A stretch of DNA of 64,000 nucleotides from an uncultured Planctomycetales bacterium (GTDB lineage: Bacteria > 4484-113 > JAFGCY01): positions 55,854 to 119,853 of the forward strand of contig CAZSSB010000003.1 of NCBI GenBank assembly GCA_964609245.1, given 5' to 3'. Made by a program: the position numbers and the translations under genes. This document shows positions 1 to 9,352 of the stretch, one piece after another (the first letter of the stretch is position 1; each line of letters begins with the position of its first letter). The notes beneath the pieces were generated by a model. It had not been told where the DNA came from, did no database searches, and saw only the letters and a list, made by a program, of their open reading frames with translations.

Positions 1-176
1 TGCGCAGCGTCACCTTCTGTGAGCCGGGGGTCAAGGGCGACACCGCCACCGGGGCGACCAAAGCCGCTACCGTCGAAGGCGGTGCGGTGGTCAACGTGCC
101 GTTGTTCATCAACCAGGGCGACCGGATCAAGATCGACACGCGGTCTTTCAGCTACCTCGAGCGCGTCAGGGAATGA
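1..176 (+). CDS. efp: Elongation factor P, C-terminal part (runs off window start)
   Basis: Frame from nt 3 reads [57 protein letters not shown], the EF-P C-terminal OB-domain signature (EPGVKGDT...VPLFI...IDTR). TGA at 174-176. Confidence 0.95.
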   Translation, partial: RSVTFCEPGVKGDTATGATKAATVEGGAVVNVPLFINQGDRIKIDTRSFSYLERVRE

Positions 177-343
177 CACTCGTCAGGTTGCGAAGATAGC
201 CCGAATAGTAGATAATGTATCGATGGCGCTCTCCTGCGCGCCCTGACGGCTAGAGAGCGACACGTTTAAGCTGGGTATAATAGGTCAACCTGTAGAGGAT
301 TGCTTTGGGGCAAGACGACAAAGTGTGTACCAGGAGGCTGGCT

Positions 344-3300
344 ATGTTTAGCAGGTCCAATTGGGTGTGGACCCCGCTTCTGCTCGCCGTGGTTCTGTTT
401 CTGGGAGCCTGCGGTGGTGGGGATGCCACGACGGCGCCTGTCCTTGGCCCGGCGTTCAACCTCTTCATCTCGACGGATCGAGAGGTAGGAGCCGCGCCGC
501 TGACGGTGACTTTCAACGCGGTGCCGTCCGGAGGGCACCTGCCGTACACCTACGCCTGGGACTTCAACGGCGATGACGTCGTTGACTCGAACGCGGCTCA
601 AGGCCAATACACCTATGAGGCCAGCACAGTCGCGACGGTGACCGTGACGGACGCCGAGAACCAGGTGGTGACGGCATCGCGAACGATCACGATTACCGGA
701 GACGCTGTCGTGAATCCCGGCGATCCTCTCGACGTGCGCTTCAACGCCATGCCGCAGGTGGGCAATGTGCCCTTCAACGTGCAGTTCACGGCGTACGTCA
801 CGGGTGGCAAGCAGCCATACAGCTACTCATGGGACTTCGAAGGCGACGGTGTCTACGATAGTTTCATCGAGAATCCGCTGTACACCTACGAGGAAGTGGG
901 GCAGGAGGTTGAGGGGAATCGCAACGTCTTCTATCCCGTGCTGCGGGTGCAGGACAACCGCGGGGTTGTCGGCACCAACTTCGATGACAAGGACAGCAAC
1001 GGCAGTCCGGACTTCAAGATCCAGATTAACGCTGCGCCGCCGCTGACGGGCGGGATGCAAGTCGCCGTCAACGCCAATCCGTTGTCGGGGCAGGCACCAC
1101 TGACCGTTGAGTTCAGCGGAGCGGTAACCGGGGGATCCGGAAACTACGAGTTCGTGTGGAGTTTCGGCGACGGATCGTCCAGCGAGCCGCTGGCGAGTTC
1201 GATGGCCACTCACACCTACCTGCAGTCCGGCGTGTATCAAGCACGAGTGACAGTGCACGATACGACAACCGACGAGGAGGAGACCTCCTATCCGCTGACG
1301 ATCGAGGCCAGTCCTCAGCAGGAATTCACCATCAGCATCGACAGCGACGTCGTCGCTGGACAAGTGCCGTTTGTGGTCAACTTCGAAGCGTTGCCCGCCA
1401 ACGGCAAAGAGCCAATCCTCTACGAATGGGACGTATTCACAGACATGACGCCTGGGGAGGACGAGCCGACGATCGGCAATCCTCCGGCACTGAACGGAGC
1501 CGCCGTCGTAACACCGGATTACACGAACCGGGTTAATCCGACGATCCACTTCGGCAACACCGCGGGCACGGGAGCTGCGTACAGCTACGTGGCTCGCTGC
1601 GTGGCCCATGATGCCAACGGCAACGACGCCGTGAGCAACCTGATCCGGGTCGTGGCGTCGCCCAACACCGCGATGCCGTTCTACGAGTGTGAGCGGCCGC
1701 TGGTGATGGGCAGCACCATCTTCCCGGTCTTCGCCGGCACCGGCGAATCGGCCGACGCGATCTACCAGCCGTATCTGATACCCGTTCCGTGGCCGGCTCG
1801 TGCCAACGCGGCTACGACGGCGCATCCCACAGGTATCACCTACATCCTGGGCGGTGAGCACCTGGATGAGAACGGCAACTTCGAGAGCCTGGTTGACCGC
1901 GGGGACTCGGCCTACATGTTCGTGCCCGCCACCGGCGGCACCGGCACCGGCGAGGGAACGATCGGCAAGTTCAACACCTTGGCCGACGGTTACATCATCA
2001 AATTGAACGATGACACCGCCCCGGCATTCCCCAGTTCCCCGCAGACGCCATTCTCGCCTGAGTGGCGCAGCGACTTCGACGCAGGCGATACGGCTGTCCC
2101 GATTCCGGTGGAGGATCCGCCGACAGCCTCGCCGCCGCCGGTTGGATCGCAGCGCAGTGCGCCGTTCACGATCGTGGGTAGTGCCGCAGCAACGTACATC
2201 AACGAGCGTCCAGAGACCAACCCGGCGGGCGCGTATCCCGGCCCCGGTTACTGGGCCAGTGCCCTGCCGCCGATCGTCCTCGATCGGGATGTCCAGTTCC
2301 TGGATGTGGACAAGCTCTGGCCGTGGCCCGATCAGGCCTGTCACGGCTGGGGCTGCGATGCCGGCAGTTGAGGCACGATAGATGGCACGGGCGTGCCTGT
2401 AATCTACGTGTTTGGTGGGCGTACCGCCGCGACTACTCCGACCGACCTGGTCCAGAAGTACCTCGTCTATGGCTATGGCTCAGAGTATCTGGTGCCGTGG
2501 AGCCAGGACTTTGGCTTCCAGGTGACGTCGAATCAGACCGATATCTGGAGCCCGTATTTCCTGAGGCCTGACACGGATCAGTTCCCGGGTTCGGGGGGCA
2601 ACTTCGATCCACAGATCGATGATCGCCGTGAAGGTGGTTCCGGTGGTTCAGACAACGCGGTACTGCCCAGCCTGCCACAGCCGCTATACGGTCTGATGGC
2701 GGTGCGCGTGCAGAGCGGCGTCGACTCGCCGTCACCTGACTTCCCCTACGGTGGTTTCACTTACATCTACTTGTTCGGCGGCATCACGGCGTCCGGCGTT
2801 GCCTCCGACGAGATGTTGCGCTGGAGTCCGAGCGAAGGTGCGGAAACGACGGGCGGTGGCCAGGCGGAGAACCCGATCCAGATCGTCAGCCAGATGCCGC
2901 GGGCCCGGGCTTACGGCAAGGCCGTGTTTGTGCCGGCTCGTGACTACTTGATCGCGCTGGTGGGCGGCTTTGACGACAACGGCGTGCCGATTGATGAGAT
3001 TGACATCTTCACCTTCGACAGCATCTACAACCCGTCGGGTGGCGGCTGGTCCACCTTTGAGGGATCCCTGCCAGAGGCACTGGTGGCCTGCGGCGCGGGC
3101 TACAACGAGGGCTACCCCGGCGAGGACTGGGTGCTGACGATGGGTGGTTGGAACGGCGAGTTGTATTCGCACCGGATGTATTCCGCCCGTATCGAGAGCG
3201 CCGGCAACCAGGTGATCCGCGAGCTGGTGGTTACGGTGCCGCGCGCGTACGCGGGCAGCACGCAGTCGGGCTCGAACCCGCTGAGTACGCTTCGCGTGGA

Positions 3301-3400
3301 GAACATGCTCTCGCCCATTACGTTCAACCGCTACTTCGTACTGGCGGGCGTGGATGAGAATGGTGCCGAGTCGATTGTGGAGACGCTGAGTCTCCCATAG
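344..3400 (+). CDS. PKD-repeat / Kelch beta-propeller lipoprotein with an in-frame TGA at 2369-2371 (candidate selenocysteine, residue 676 of ~1018)
   Basis: AGGAGG RBS before ATG 344; lipobox FLGAC; several PKD motifs (YxWDFxGDG, VTVTDA). Track ORFs 305..2371 and 2393..3400 are in the same frame, separated only by TGA plus 7 sense codons. Six Kelch-type xxYxxGG blades span the TGA. Confidence 0.8.
2372..2412 (+). promoter_or_regulatory. SECIS-like hairpin directly 3' of the in-frame UGA
   Basis: CACG(2374-77)/CGTG(2407-10), TAGAT(2379-83)/ATCTA(2402-06), GGCAC(2384-88)/GTGCC(2393-97); apical loop GGGC starts with G, 17 nt after UGA. Confidence 0.65.
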
Positions 3401-3413
3401 GAGAAACATCAGG

Positions 3414-3447
3414 CCGGGTCCGGTGTCGGAACAGACACCGGACCCGG
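3414..3447 (+). terminator. Perfect 14-bp intergenic stem-loop (terminator or mRNA-stabilising hairpin)
   Basis: CCGGGTCCGGTGTC-ggaaca-GACACCGGACCCGG; no clear U-tract. Confidence 0.6.
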
Positions 3448-3493
3448 TGATTAGACTAGAGGGATGTTGGTGAAGTTACAGGAGGGTGCTGGA

Positions 3494-6100
3494 GTGAAAC
3501 GGACAGCATTGGTTCTGGGGTTGATCGGCGTGATCCTGCTGCTGGCTGCCTGCGGCGGCGGTAACGATGGCACACCTGATGCGGAGGTTGGCCCACTGGC
3601 GATTGAACTGCTCTGGGCGGAGCCCGCAACGGGTTCGAGCCCGTTGAGGGTTACGTTCACAGCGAATGTCACGGGAGGTCTAGCCCCGTACTATTACGCT
3701 TGGGACTATACCAATGACGGCTCGGTTGACAGATACCTCAACGGTGAATTTCGGCGGACGCTTAGCGTGGCCGAAGACTACTACTTCCGGGCGTCGGATC
3801 CTGGCGGCGTGTCCAGCTACGAGGCAGTCTTGACGGTGACCGACAGTGAGGGCACCATCGTCACCAGTGACCCGGTTGCGATCAACGTGCTTGGCAGCAG
3901 CGGCGTGACCCTCGATCCCGCTGGCACGGGGGCCATTTCGGACGAGGTGGTTGAGGAAGAGATAGACGGCGAGACTGTCTTGGTTTACGTCTACCGGACC
4001 GGAATGCCGGTCTACTTCAGGGCGCAGCCGGTGGGTGGCACCCCTCCCTACGAGTATCAGTGGGACTTCGATGACGACGGAGCGATTGACTCGACAGTCG
4101 CCAACCCGCAGTACATCTTCACCCACACGGGTGTCGGCGTGATGATAGCCGTCGTGAATCTGGAAGTAGTGGACGGGGCCGGCGAGCGGGTGATGTGGCG
4201 GACTTTCCTTGAGATCGAGGGGCCGGATTCCGGCGAAGAGCCCGAACCGCAGTTCGACATCGTCGTCAACTCAACGCCGCCCGCCGATTCCGAGGGCGTG
4301 ATCACAGTCAAATTCGACCCAACCGAGGCTACGGATACGGTGCCCGCGGAGCCCGAGATTGACCTGGCGGTCATCGTGGATCCGTCCGGCGGAGGGATTC
4401 CGCCGTTCGAGTATTACTGGGACTTCGAGAACGATGGCGCATTGGACAGCCAGGCGCTGTCGCCGACGATCCCGTATTACGACAGCAGCCGCAAGATCCT
4501 GATTAACCCCTACTTCCACCAGGAAAGCTCCAAGACGTTCACCCTGCGCTGCATGGTGCTGGATAGCAGCGGCCAGCTGCAGGAAGAGACGCGTACGATC
4601 CTGGCCATCAACGTGGCCAATCGCCCACCCAACGAGATGTCGGTTGAGACCACATATGGCATCGTCAACGAGGGCGGTGCGTTCCTCGATACTCCGCCGC
4701 TGCCCTACGCGGAGGTCGGGGATCGTGAAACGACCACTTACGCCAAGTTCTCGTGTGAGATTAGCGGCAGCACGGGCAATACGTTCGAGTTCCAGTTCGA
4801 TGCCAATGGCGACAACGTTCCGGAGATACCGACGGAGGGCACTGGCTGGTTTGCGATCGAGGGTAGTTCATTCGATGTATTGCAGCCATTCCAGGGCGCA
4901 GGCTATTTCCCGGCCAACGTGCAGATTCGGGCCCTGAACAGCGACCTCAACGTCGTCGATACGACCAGGATCGAACTGCCGATCAGCCTGGTGATCAGGA
5001 AGGACATCCAGCTCACCGAAGGCACACTCGATCCGCGCACGGATCACTGCATGGTCGCGACGTGGACAACCGAGCCCCACGCGTCTAACGGCGAGACCCT
5101 GACTTCGCGAGAGCTGATCATCGTCGGCGGTGCGCGCGGGACCACCCCGCTGAACACAGTTCAGCGCGTGCTGCAGACATATACGCCGCCCAACGAGGAG
5201 GGGCTGATCGAACGGCAGGTCTCGGCAGTGGTGACCGAGCGGCCGTCCATCAACCAGGAGCGACGCGGCAGCGTGATGTGGGCCAACAACGCCGGTTCGG
5301 GCGCGGGAGCCGAGATCCGCATCCACGGTGGCAAGAACGAGGTCAGCGGGATCATGGCGAGCAACGAGCTCTCGAACGGTGGCGGCGGCAACGTGCTCTG
5401 GCTGGTCCTGGCCGAGACGTTGATTCCTGAATACTACCCGCTGCGCGACGCCGCAGGCACGGTGGTGCCCGGACTGGGCTACGTACTAGCGGGTGGCGTC
5501 AACCAGCCGGCCGAGGAGGCCAATACCGTCGTATCGGGCAAAGTGCTGCTCTATGACTCGGTGTTCGACTCCTACGGCGAGATTGCCAACATGATCAAGC
5601 CACGGTACGATGCCAGCGTGGCCTACGTCAATGACCGCCTCTACATCATCGGCGGTCGTTCACCGAGTGGGCAGAGCGTGGCGACGGTTGAATCCTACGA
5701 TCCGAATTCAGGTCAGTGGGACACCTTTGCGCCTCCGATGATTGAGCGGCGCTCCGGCGCGGCGTGTCACGTCGTCGGTGGTCAGATCTACGTGATCGGC
5801 GGCGCGTTCTGGCCTGACAACGAATCAGATCGCATTCTCAAGACGACGGCCGAGGTGTTCAACCCGCAGACCGGAGTCTGGAGCTATACGCTGCCGCTCG
5901 CCAGCGGTGACGAGGCCGACGATCTGGCCTCGACGGCGGCTCCTGCCCCGGGCGGGGTGGCGACCGGTGGCGCGGTAGTCAATTCCATCGTGTGCTTCGG
6001 TGGTGAGCGGCCGGTGGCCGGTGGCGGTAGTGGCGGTGAGGTCAACAACCTCGTCGAGTTCATCTACTTCCACATCGTGGAGCTGCCGCCGGAAGTCTAG
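3494..6100 (+). CDS. PKD-repeat / Kelch-repeat lipoprotein (architecture like the upstream gene)
   Basis: GTG start after GGAGG; lipobox LLAAC; YEYQWDFDDDG and YYWDFENDG PKD motifs; canonical Kelch repeats (PRYDASVAYVNDRLYIIGG...VESYDP; RRSGAACHVVGGQIYVIGG...AEVFNP). Confidence 0.85.
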   Translation: MKRTALVLGLIGVILLLAACGGGNDGTPDAEVGPLAIELLWAEPATGSSPLRVTFTANVTGGLAPYYYAWDYTNDGSVDRYLNGEFRRTLSVAEDYYFRASDPGGVSSYEAVLTVTDSEGTIVTSDPVAINVLGSSGVTLDPAGTGAISDEVVEEEIDGETVLVYVYRTGMPVYFRAQPVGGTPPYEYQWDFDDDGAIDSTVANPQYIFTHTGVGVMIAVVNLEVVDGAGERVMWRTFLEIEGPDSGEEPEPQFDIVVNSTPPADSEGVITVKFDPTEATDTVPAEPEIDLAVIVDPSGGGIPPFEYYWDFENDGALDSQALSPTIPYYDSSRKILINPYFHQESSKTFTLRCMVLDSSGQLQEETRTILAINVANRPPNEMSVETTYGIVNEGGAFLDTPPLPYAEVGDRETTTYAKFSCEISGSTGNTFEFQFDANGDNVPEIPTEGTGWFAIEGSSFDVLQPFQGAGYFPANVQIRALNSDLNVVDTTRIELPISLVIRKDIQLTEGTLDPRTDHCMVATWTTEPHASNGETLTSRELIIVGGARGTTPLNTVQRVLQTYTPPNEEGLIERQVSAVVTERPSINQERRGSVMWANNAGSGAGAEIRIHGGKNEVSGIMASNELSNGGGGNVLWLVLAETLIPEYYPLRDAAGTVVPGLGYVLAGGVNQPAEEANTVVSGKVLLYDSVFDSYGEIANMIKPRYDASVAYVNDRLYIIGGRSPSGQSVATVESYDPNSGQWDTFAPPMIERRSGAACHVVGGQIYVIGGAFWPDNESDRILKTTAEVFNPQTGVWSYTLPLASGDEADDLASTAAPAPGGVATGGAVVNSIVCFGGERPVAGGGSGGEVNNLVEFIYFHIVELPPEV

Positions 6101-6125
6101 GAAGCGAATCAGACATGAACCGCAG

Positions 6126-6165
6126 ACAGGCGGTCCCGTGCTCAGCAGGGAGCGGGGCCGCCTGT
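6126..6165. terminator. GC-rich hairpin between convergent genes
   Basis: ACAGGCGGTCCCG...CGGGGCCGCCTGT inverted repeat between stops at 6100 (+) and 6225 (-). Confidence 0.6.
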
Positions 6166-6224
6166 GGTGTATCTTGGGGAGATCCTTGGGACAGGCTACG
6201 CGGCTGAGCAGCGGTTAGCCCCGG

Positions 6225-6845
6225 TCAGATGCTGGAAGCACCGACCGGCGGCAGCATTTCCTCCAGGCGGTGGAATTCGGGTGGGCGGGCGCCCAAGCGG
6301 TCCAGTTCCGTCAGCGTGCGGTAGCAGCGATCGTACAGGGCGGCCTTCAGCTCTACCTTGAGCTTGAGCGTCCAGATGCCGGGGTCGTTGGTTTCGTAGC
6401 AGACGGCGCGGGCGAGGTGCTGGGCTGCCGGCATGTAGGCGCCCTCACGTGCCGCCGTCAGGGCGTGATTGTAGAGCTCCTGGGCGCGCCGGCGGTCGCG
6501 GTGCCGTGCCTCGAGCTCCGCGCGGACTTCCGCCGCCACCACCGGGCTTAAGTCTGCCAGCAGAGCCTCGGCGCCCGGGGTGTTGCCTTCCAGCATCAGC
6601 AGGCGAGCCGTCAACGCGTTGAGTTCGGCGCTGTCTATCTCGCCCAGCTGTGGCAGCCGCTCAACGATCTGGCGCGCCGCCGGAAGTTCACCGCGGCTGA
6701 GGAGTTCGCTGGCGAGATTCAGGTAGTTTGCGGACAGCATCGCAAGGTCGCGGTAAGGTGACAGGTCCGCCCCGCAGCCGGGACACTGCACCGAGTCCTT
6801 GCTCAGCACCGTCCGGCACAGCGGGCAGGCGTCCAGTTCCTGCAC
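6225..6845 (-). CDS. Zinc-ribbon + TPR-like protein
   Basis: N-terminal CPLC-x10-CPGC; helical TPR-like segments (AQELYNHALTAAREGAY...); begins 3 nt after the Hsp70 stop. Confidence 0.75.
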   Translation of the reverse strand: MQELDACPLCRTVLSKDSVQCPGCGADLSPYRDLAMLSANYLNLASELLSRGELPAARQIVERLPQLGEIDSAELNALTARLLMLEGNTPGAEALLADLSPVVAAEVRAELEARHRDRRRAQELYNHALTAAREGAYMPAAQHLARAVCYETNDPGIWTLKLKVELKAALYDRCYRTLTELDRLGARPPEFHRLEEMLPPVGASSI

Positions 6846-6848
6846 GAT

Positions 6849-8594
6849 CTAGAGTCCCCAGTCTGACAGGTAGTTTCCAACCTTGTCGATAAGCTTCTCG
6901 AGCCCTTCCTCGTCTTCTTCCTTGATCGAGGCTTCCAGCTCTTCCATCATCGAGCGCAGCATCCCCAGCTGCAATTCGTCCATCTTCTTGGCGCCGTCGG
7001 CCGCCTGCTTCTCCAGCGTCTTGGCGCGTTCATAGACGCCCTGAGCTTCGAACAGCGCCTTGCCCTTCTCACGCTGCGCGATCAGCATGCCGCTCATCTG
7101 GGAGACGTCGCGCTCCGCCAGTGAGATGTCGTCCTCGGTCAGACGCGCCTTGGAGGCCTTGATGGTGATCCCCTGTCCAACTCCGGTCTGACGGTCGCGG
7201 GCCGTGACCTTCACGATACCGTTGACGTCGTAGTCGAAGCTGACCTCGACGAGTGATTCGCCGGCGCCGCCGTAGGTGATGCCGCTGAGCACGAACTCGC
7301 CGAGGCTGGCGTTCTCCGTGGCCGCCATGCTCTCGCCCTGAAGCACGTGAATCAGCGCCTCTGTCTGCCCGTCGATCGTGGTCTTGTACAGCTGCTTGCG
7401 TGAGCACGGGACGCTGGTGTTGCGCGGGATGATCGGGCTGAACTTGCCGCCCTCGGTTTCGATGCCCAGCGTAAACGGCGCAACGTCGACTACGACGAGC
7501 TCGTCCAGCTTGCCGCGCTTGATTCCGGCCTGAATGCTGGCCCCCAGCGCCACGCACTCCTCCGGGTTGATGTCGTGGTACGGTTCCTTGTTGGTGATGT
7601 TCTTCACCAACCGCTGCACGGCCGGCGTGCGGGTCATACCGCCGACCAGGATGACGGCGTCGAGATTGTCCGGATCCATATTGGCGTCGGACAGCGCCAG
7701 CTCCATCGGCTGCAGCGTCTGGTCAATCAGGTCCTGGACCAGGTCCTCGTACTTGGCGCGCGTGAGCGTCTCGTTGAGGTGCAGCGGTTCGTCGCCGCCG
7801 GTGTAGATGAACGGCAGATTGATGTTGGTCTCCAGCAGCGATGACAGGTCGATCTTGGCGTTCTCGGCAGCCTCCTTGAGCCGCTGCATGATCGCGCGCT
7901 GCTGGCTGATGTCGGAGATCGTGCGCAGATCGACCTTCTCCTTCTCCTTGAAGCGCTCGATCAGCCACTCCACCACGCGGTAGTCGAAGTCGTCGCCGCC
8001 GAGGTTGTTGTTGCCGGTGGTGGCGAGCACTTTGAACGCGCCCTCGACCAGCCGGATCACACTGACATCGAAGGTCCCGCCGCCCAGGTCGTAAACCATG
8101 ATCGTGCGGCTCTCGCCCTTGTCGAAGCCGTAGACCAGCGCCGCGGCGGTGGGCTCGTTGATGATCCGCTCCACCTTGAAACCGGCGACTTCACCGGCGT
8201 CCTTGGTTGCCTGCCGCTGGGAGTCCGTGAAGTAGGCCGGGACCGTGATGATCGCCTCGTCGACGATGTCGTTAAGGTAGGTTTCGGCGTCGAGCTTGAG
8301 CTTCTTGAGAATGACGGCGCTGATCTCCTGGGGACTGAATTCCTTGTCCCCAACGGTAATGCGCCGGTCGGTACCCATCAGCCGCTTGACGCTGGTGATG
8401 GTACGCTCGGGATTGGCCACCGCCTGGTTCTTGGCGACCTCGCCGACCAGCAGCTCACCGGTCTCCGTAAAGCCGACCACCGACGGAGTGACGAACTTGC
8501 CCCGCTCATTGGGGATTAGCGTCGGCTGGCCGTCGATGATGGCGGCAACCAGTGAATTGGTCGTGCCCAGGTCAATTCCAACAATCTGGCCCAT
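6849..8594 (-). CDS. dnaK: Hsp70/DnaK-family chaperone with a divergent substrate-binding domain
   Basis: GIDLGTTNS, TVPAYF, INEPTAAAL, YDLGGGTFDVS, LGGDDFD, LVGGMTRTP motifs; 581 aa, no acidic DnaK tail. Confidence 0.9.
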   Translation of the reverse strand: MGQIVGIDLGTTNSLVAAIIDGQPTLIPNERGKFVTPSVVGFTETGELLVGEVAKNQAVANPERTITSVKRLMGTDRRITVGDKEFSPQEISAVILKKLKLDAETYLNDIVDEAIITVPAYFTDSQRQATKDAGEVAGFKVERIINEPTAAALVYGFDKGESRTIMVYDLGGGTFDVSVIRLVEGAFKVLATTGNNNLGGDDFDYRVVEWLIERFKEKEKVDLRTISDISQQRAIMQRLKEAAENAKIDLSSLLETNINLPFIYTGGDEPLHLNETLTRAKYEDLVQDLIDQTLQPMELALSDANMDPDNLDAVILVGGMTRTPAVQRLVKNITNKEPYHDINPEECVALGASIQAGIKRGKLDELVVVDVAPFTLGIETEGGKFSPIIPRNTSVPCSRKQLYKTTIDGQTEALIHVLQGESMAATENASLGEFVLSGITYGGAGESLVEVSFDYDVNGIVKVTARDRQTGVGQGITIKASKARLTEDDISLAERDVSQMSGMLIAQREKGKALFEAQGVYERAKTLEKQAADGAKKMDELQLGMLRSMMEELEASIKEEDEEGLEKLIDKVGNYLSDWGL

Positions 8595-8677
8595 TGATTT
8601 ACTCCTTGTCTACCTCGCGTCCACCTACCAATGTACCTTCATCAATCAGCGATCAGGGCCGCCGACAGGCCGGCCGT

Positions 8678-9352
8678 TCACGCCTGTTCGTTCTTCACCA
8701 CCACTACCTGTGCCGTCCGCAGGATCTGCTCGCCGAGGCGGTAGCCCCTGAGCATCACCCGGCTCACCGTTCCGTCAGACATGTCGGTACGCACCTCGGT
8801 TCCCATCGCCAACTGCTCGTGGGGATCGAAGGCGTCGCCGGGCTTGACCTCCAACTGTGTCAGGCCGTGGCGCGCCAGCGTCTCACGTGCCAGGTGATAC
8901 AGGGAATCCAGCCCGGTCCGCACCCCTTCGCTGATTGCCCCGGGTTGCGACTGGGCCAACTCGAATACGCGATCCAGCGTGTCGAGCACCAGCAACAGGT
9001 CTTTCAACAAGCGCCTGACGCGGCCTTCCTCCTCCGCTTGCGACGGCAAGTCGGCCAGAGGCTTAAGCCGCGCTTCAACACTGCGCAATCCATCCGCCAC
9101 GCGATCCAGTCCGACCGCCTCGATGGCCGGCAGACGCAGTTCCTCAACACCACGCCGGAGCCGCGACAACTCGTTACGCAGCTTGCCGATGTCGGCCGTC
9201 AGAGCGCTCAGATTCGCCCACGCTTCCGTGGACAGGTCAGCTGGCGGGGCCTCGCCCGCCGCTTCGAAGTAGAGATTATAGTAATGCTCAGATGCGAAGT
9301 CAATTTGCGTGACCAGCTGCGCGAGCGCTTCATCTGTTGATGCCAGTCTCAC
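8678..9352 (-). CDS. grpE: Nucleotide exchange factor GrpE
   Basis: LLKDLLLVLDTLDR, GDAFDPHEQLAM, VMLRGYRLGEQILRTAQVVV; directly upstream of Hsp70. Confidence 0.9.
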   Translation of the reverse strand: MRLASTDEALAQLVTQIDFASEHYYNLYFEAAGEAPPADLSTEAWANLSALTADIGKLRNELSRLRRGVEELRLPAIEAVGLDRVADGLRSVEARLKPLADLPSQAEEEGRVRRLLKDLLLVLDTLDRVFELAQSQPGAISEGVRTGLDSLYHLARETLARHGLTQLEVKPGDAFDPHEQLAMGTEVRTDMSDGTVSRVMLRGYRLGEQILRTAQVVVVKNEQA

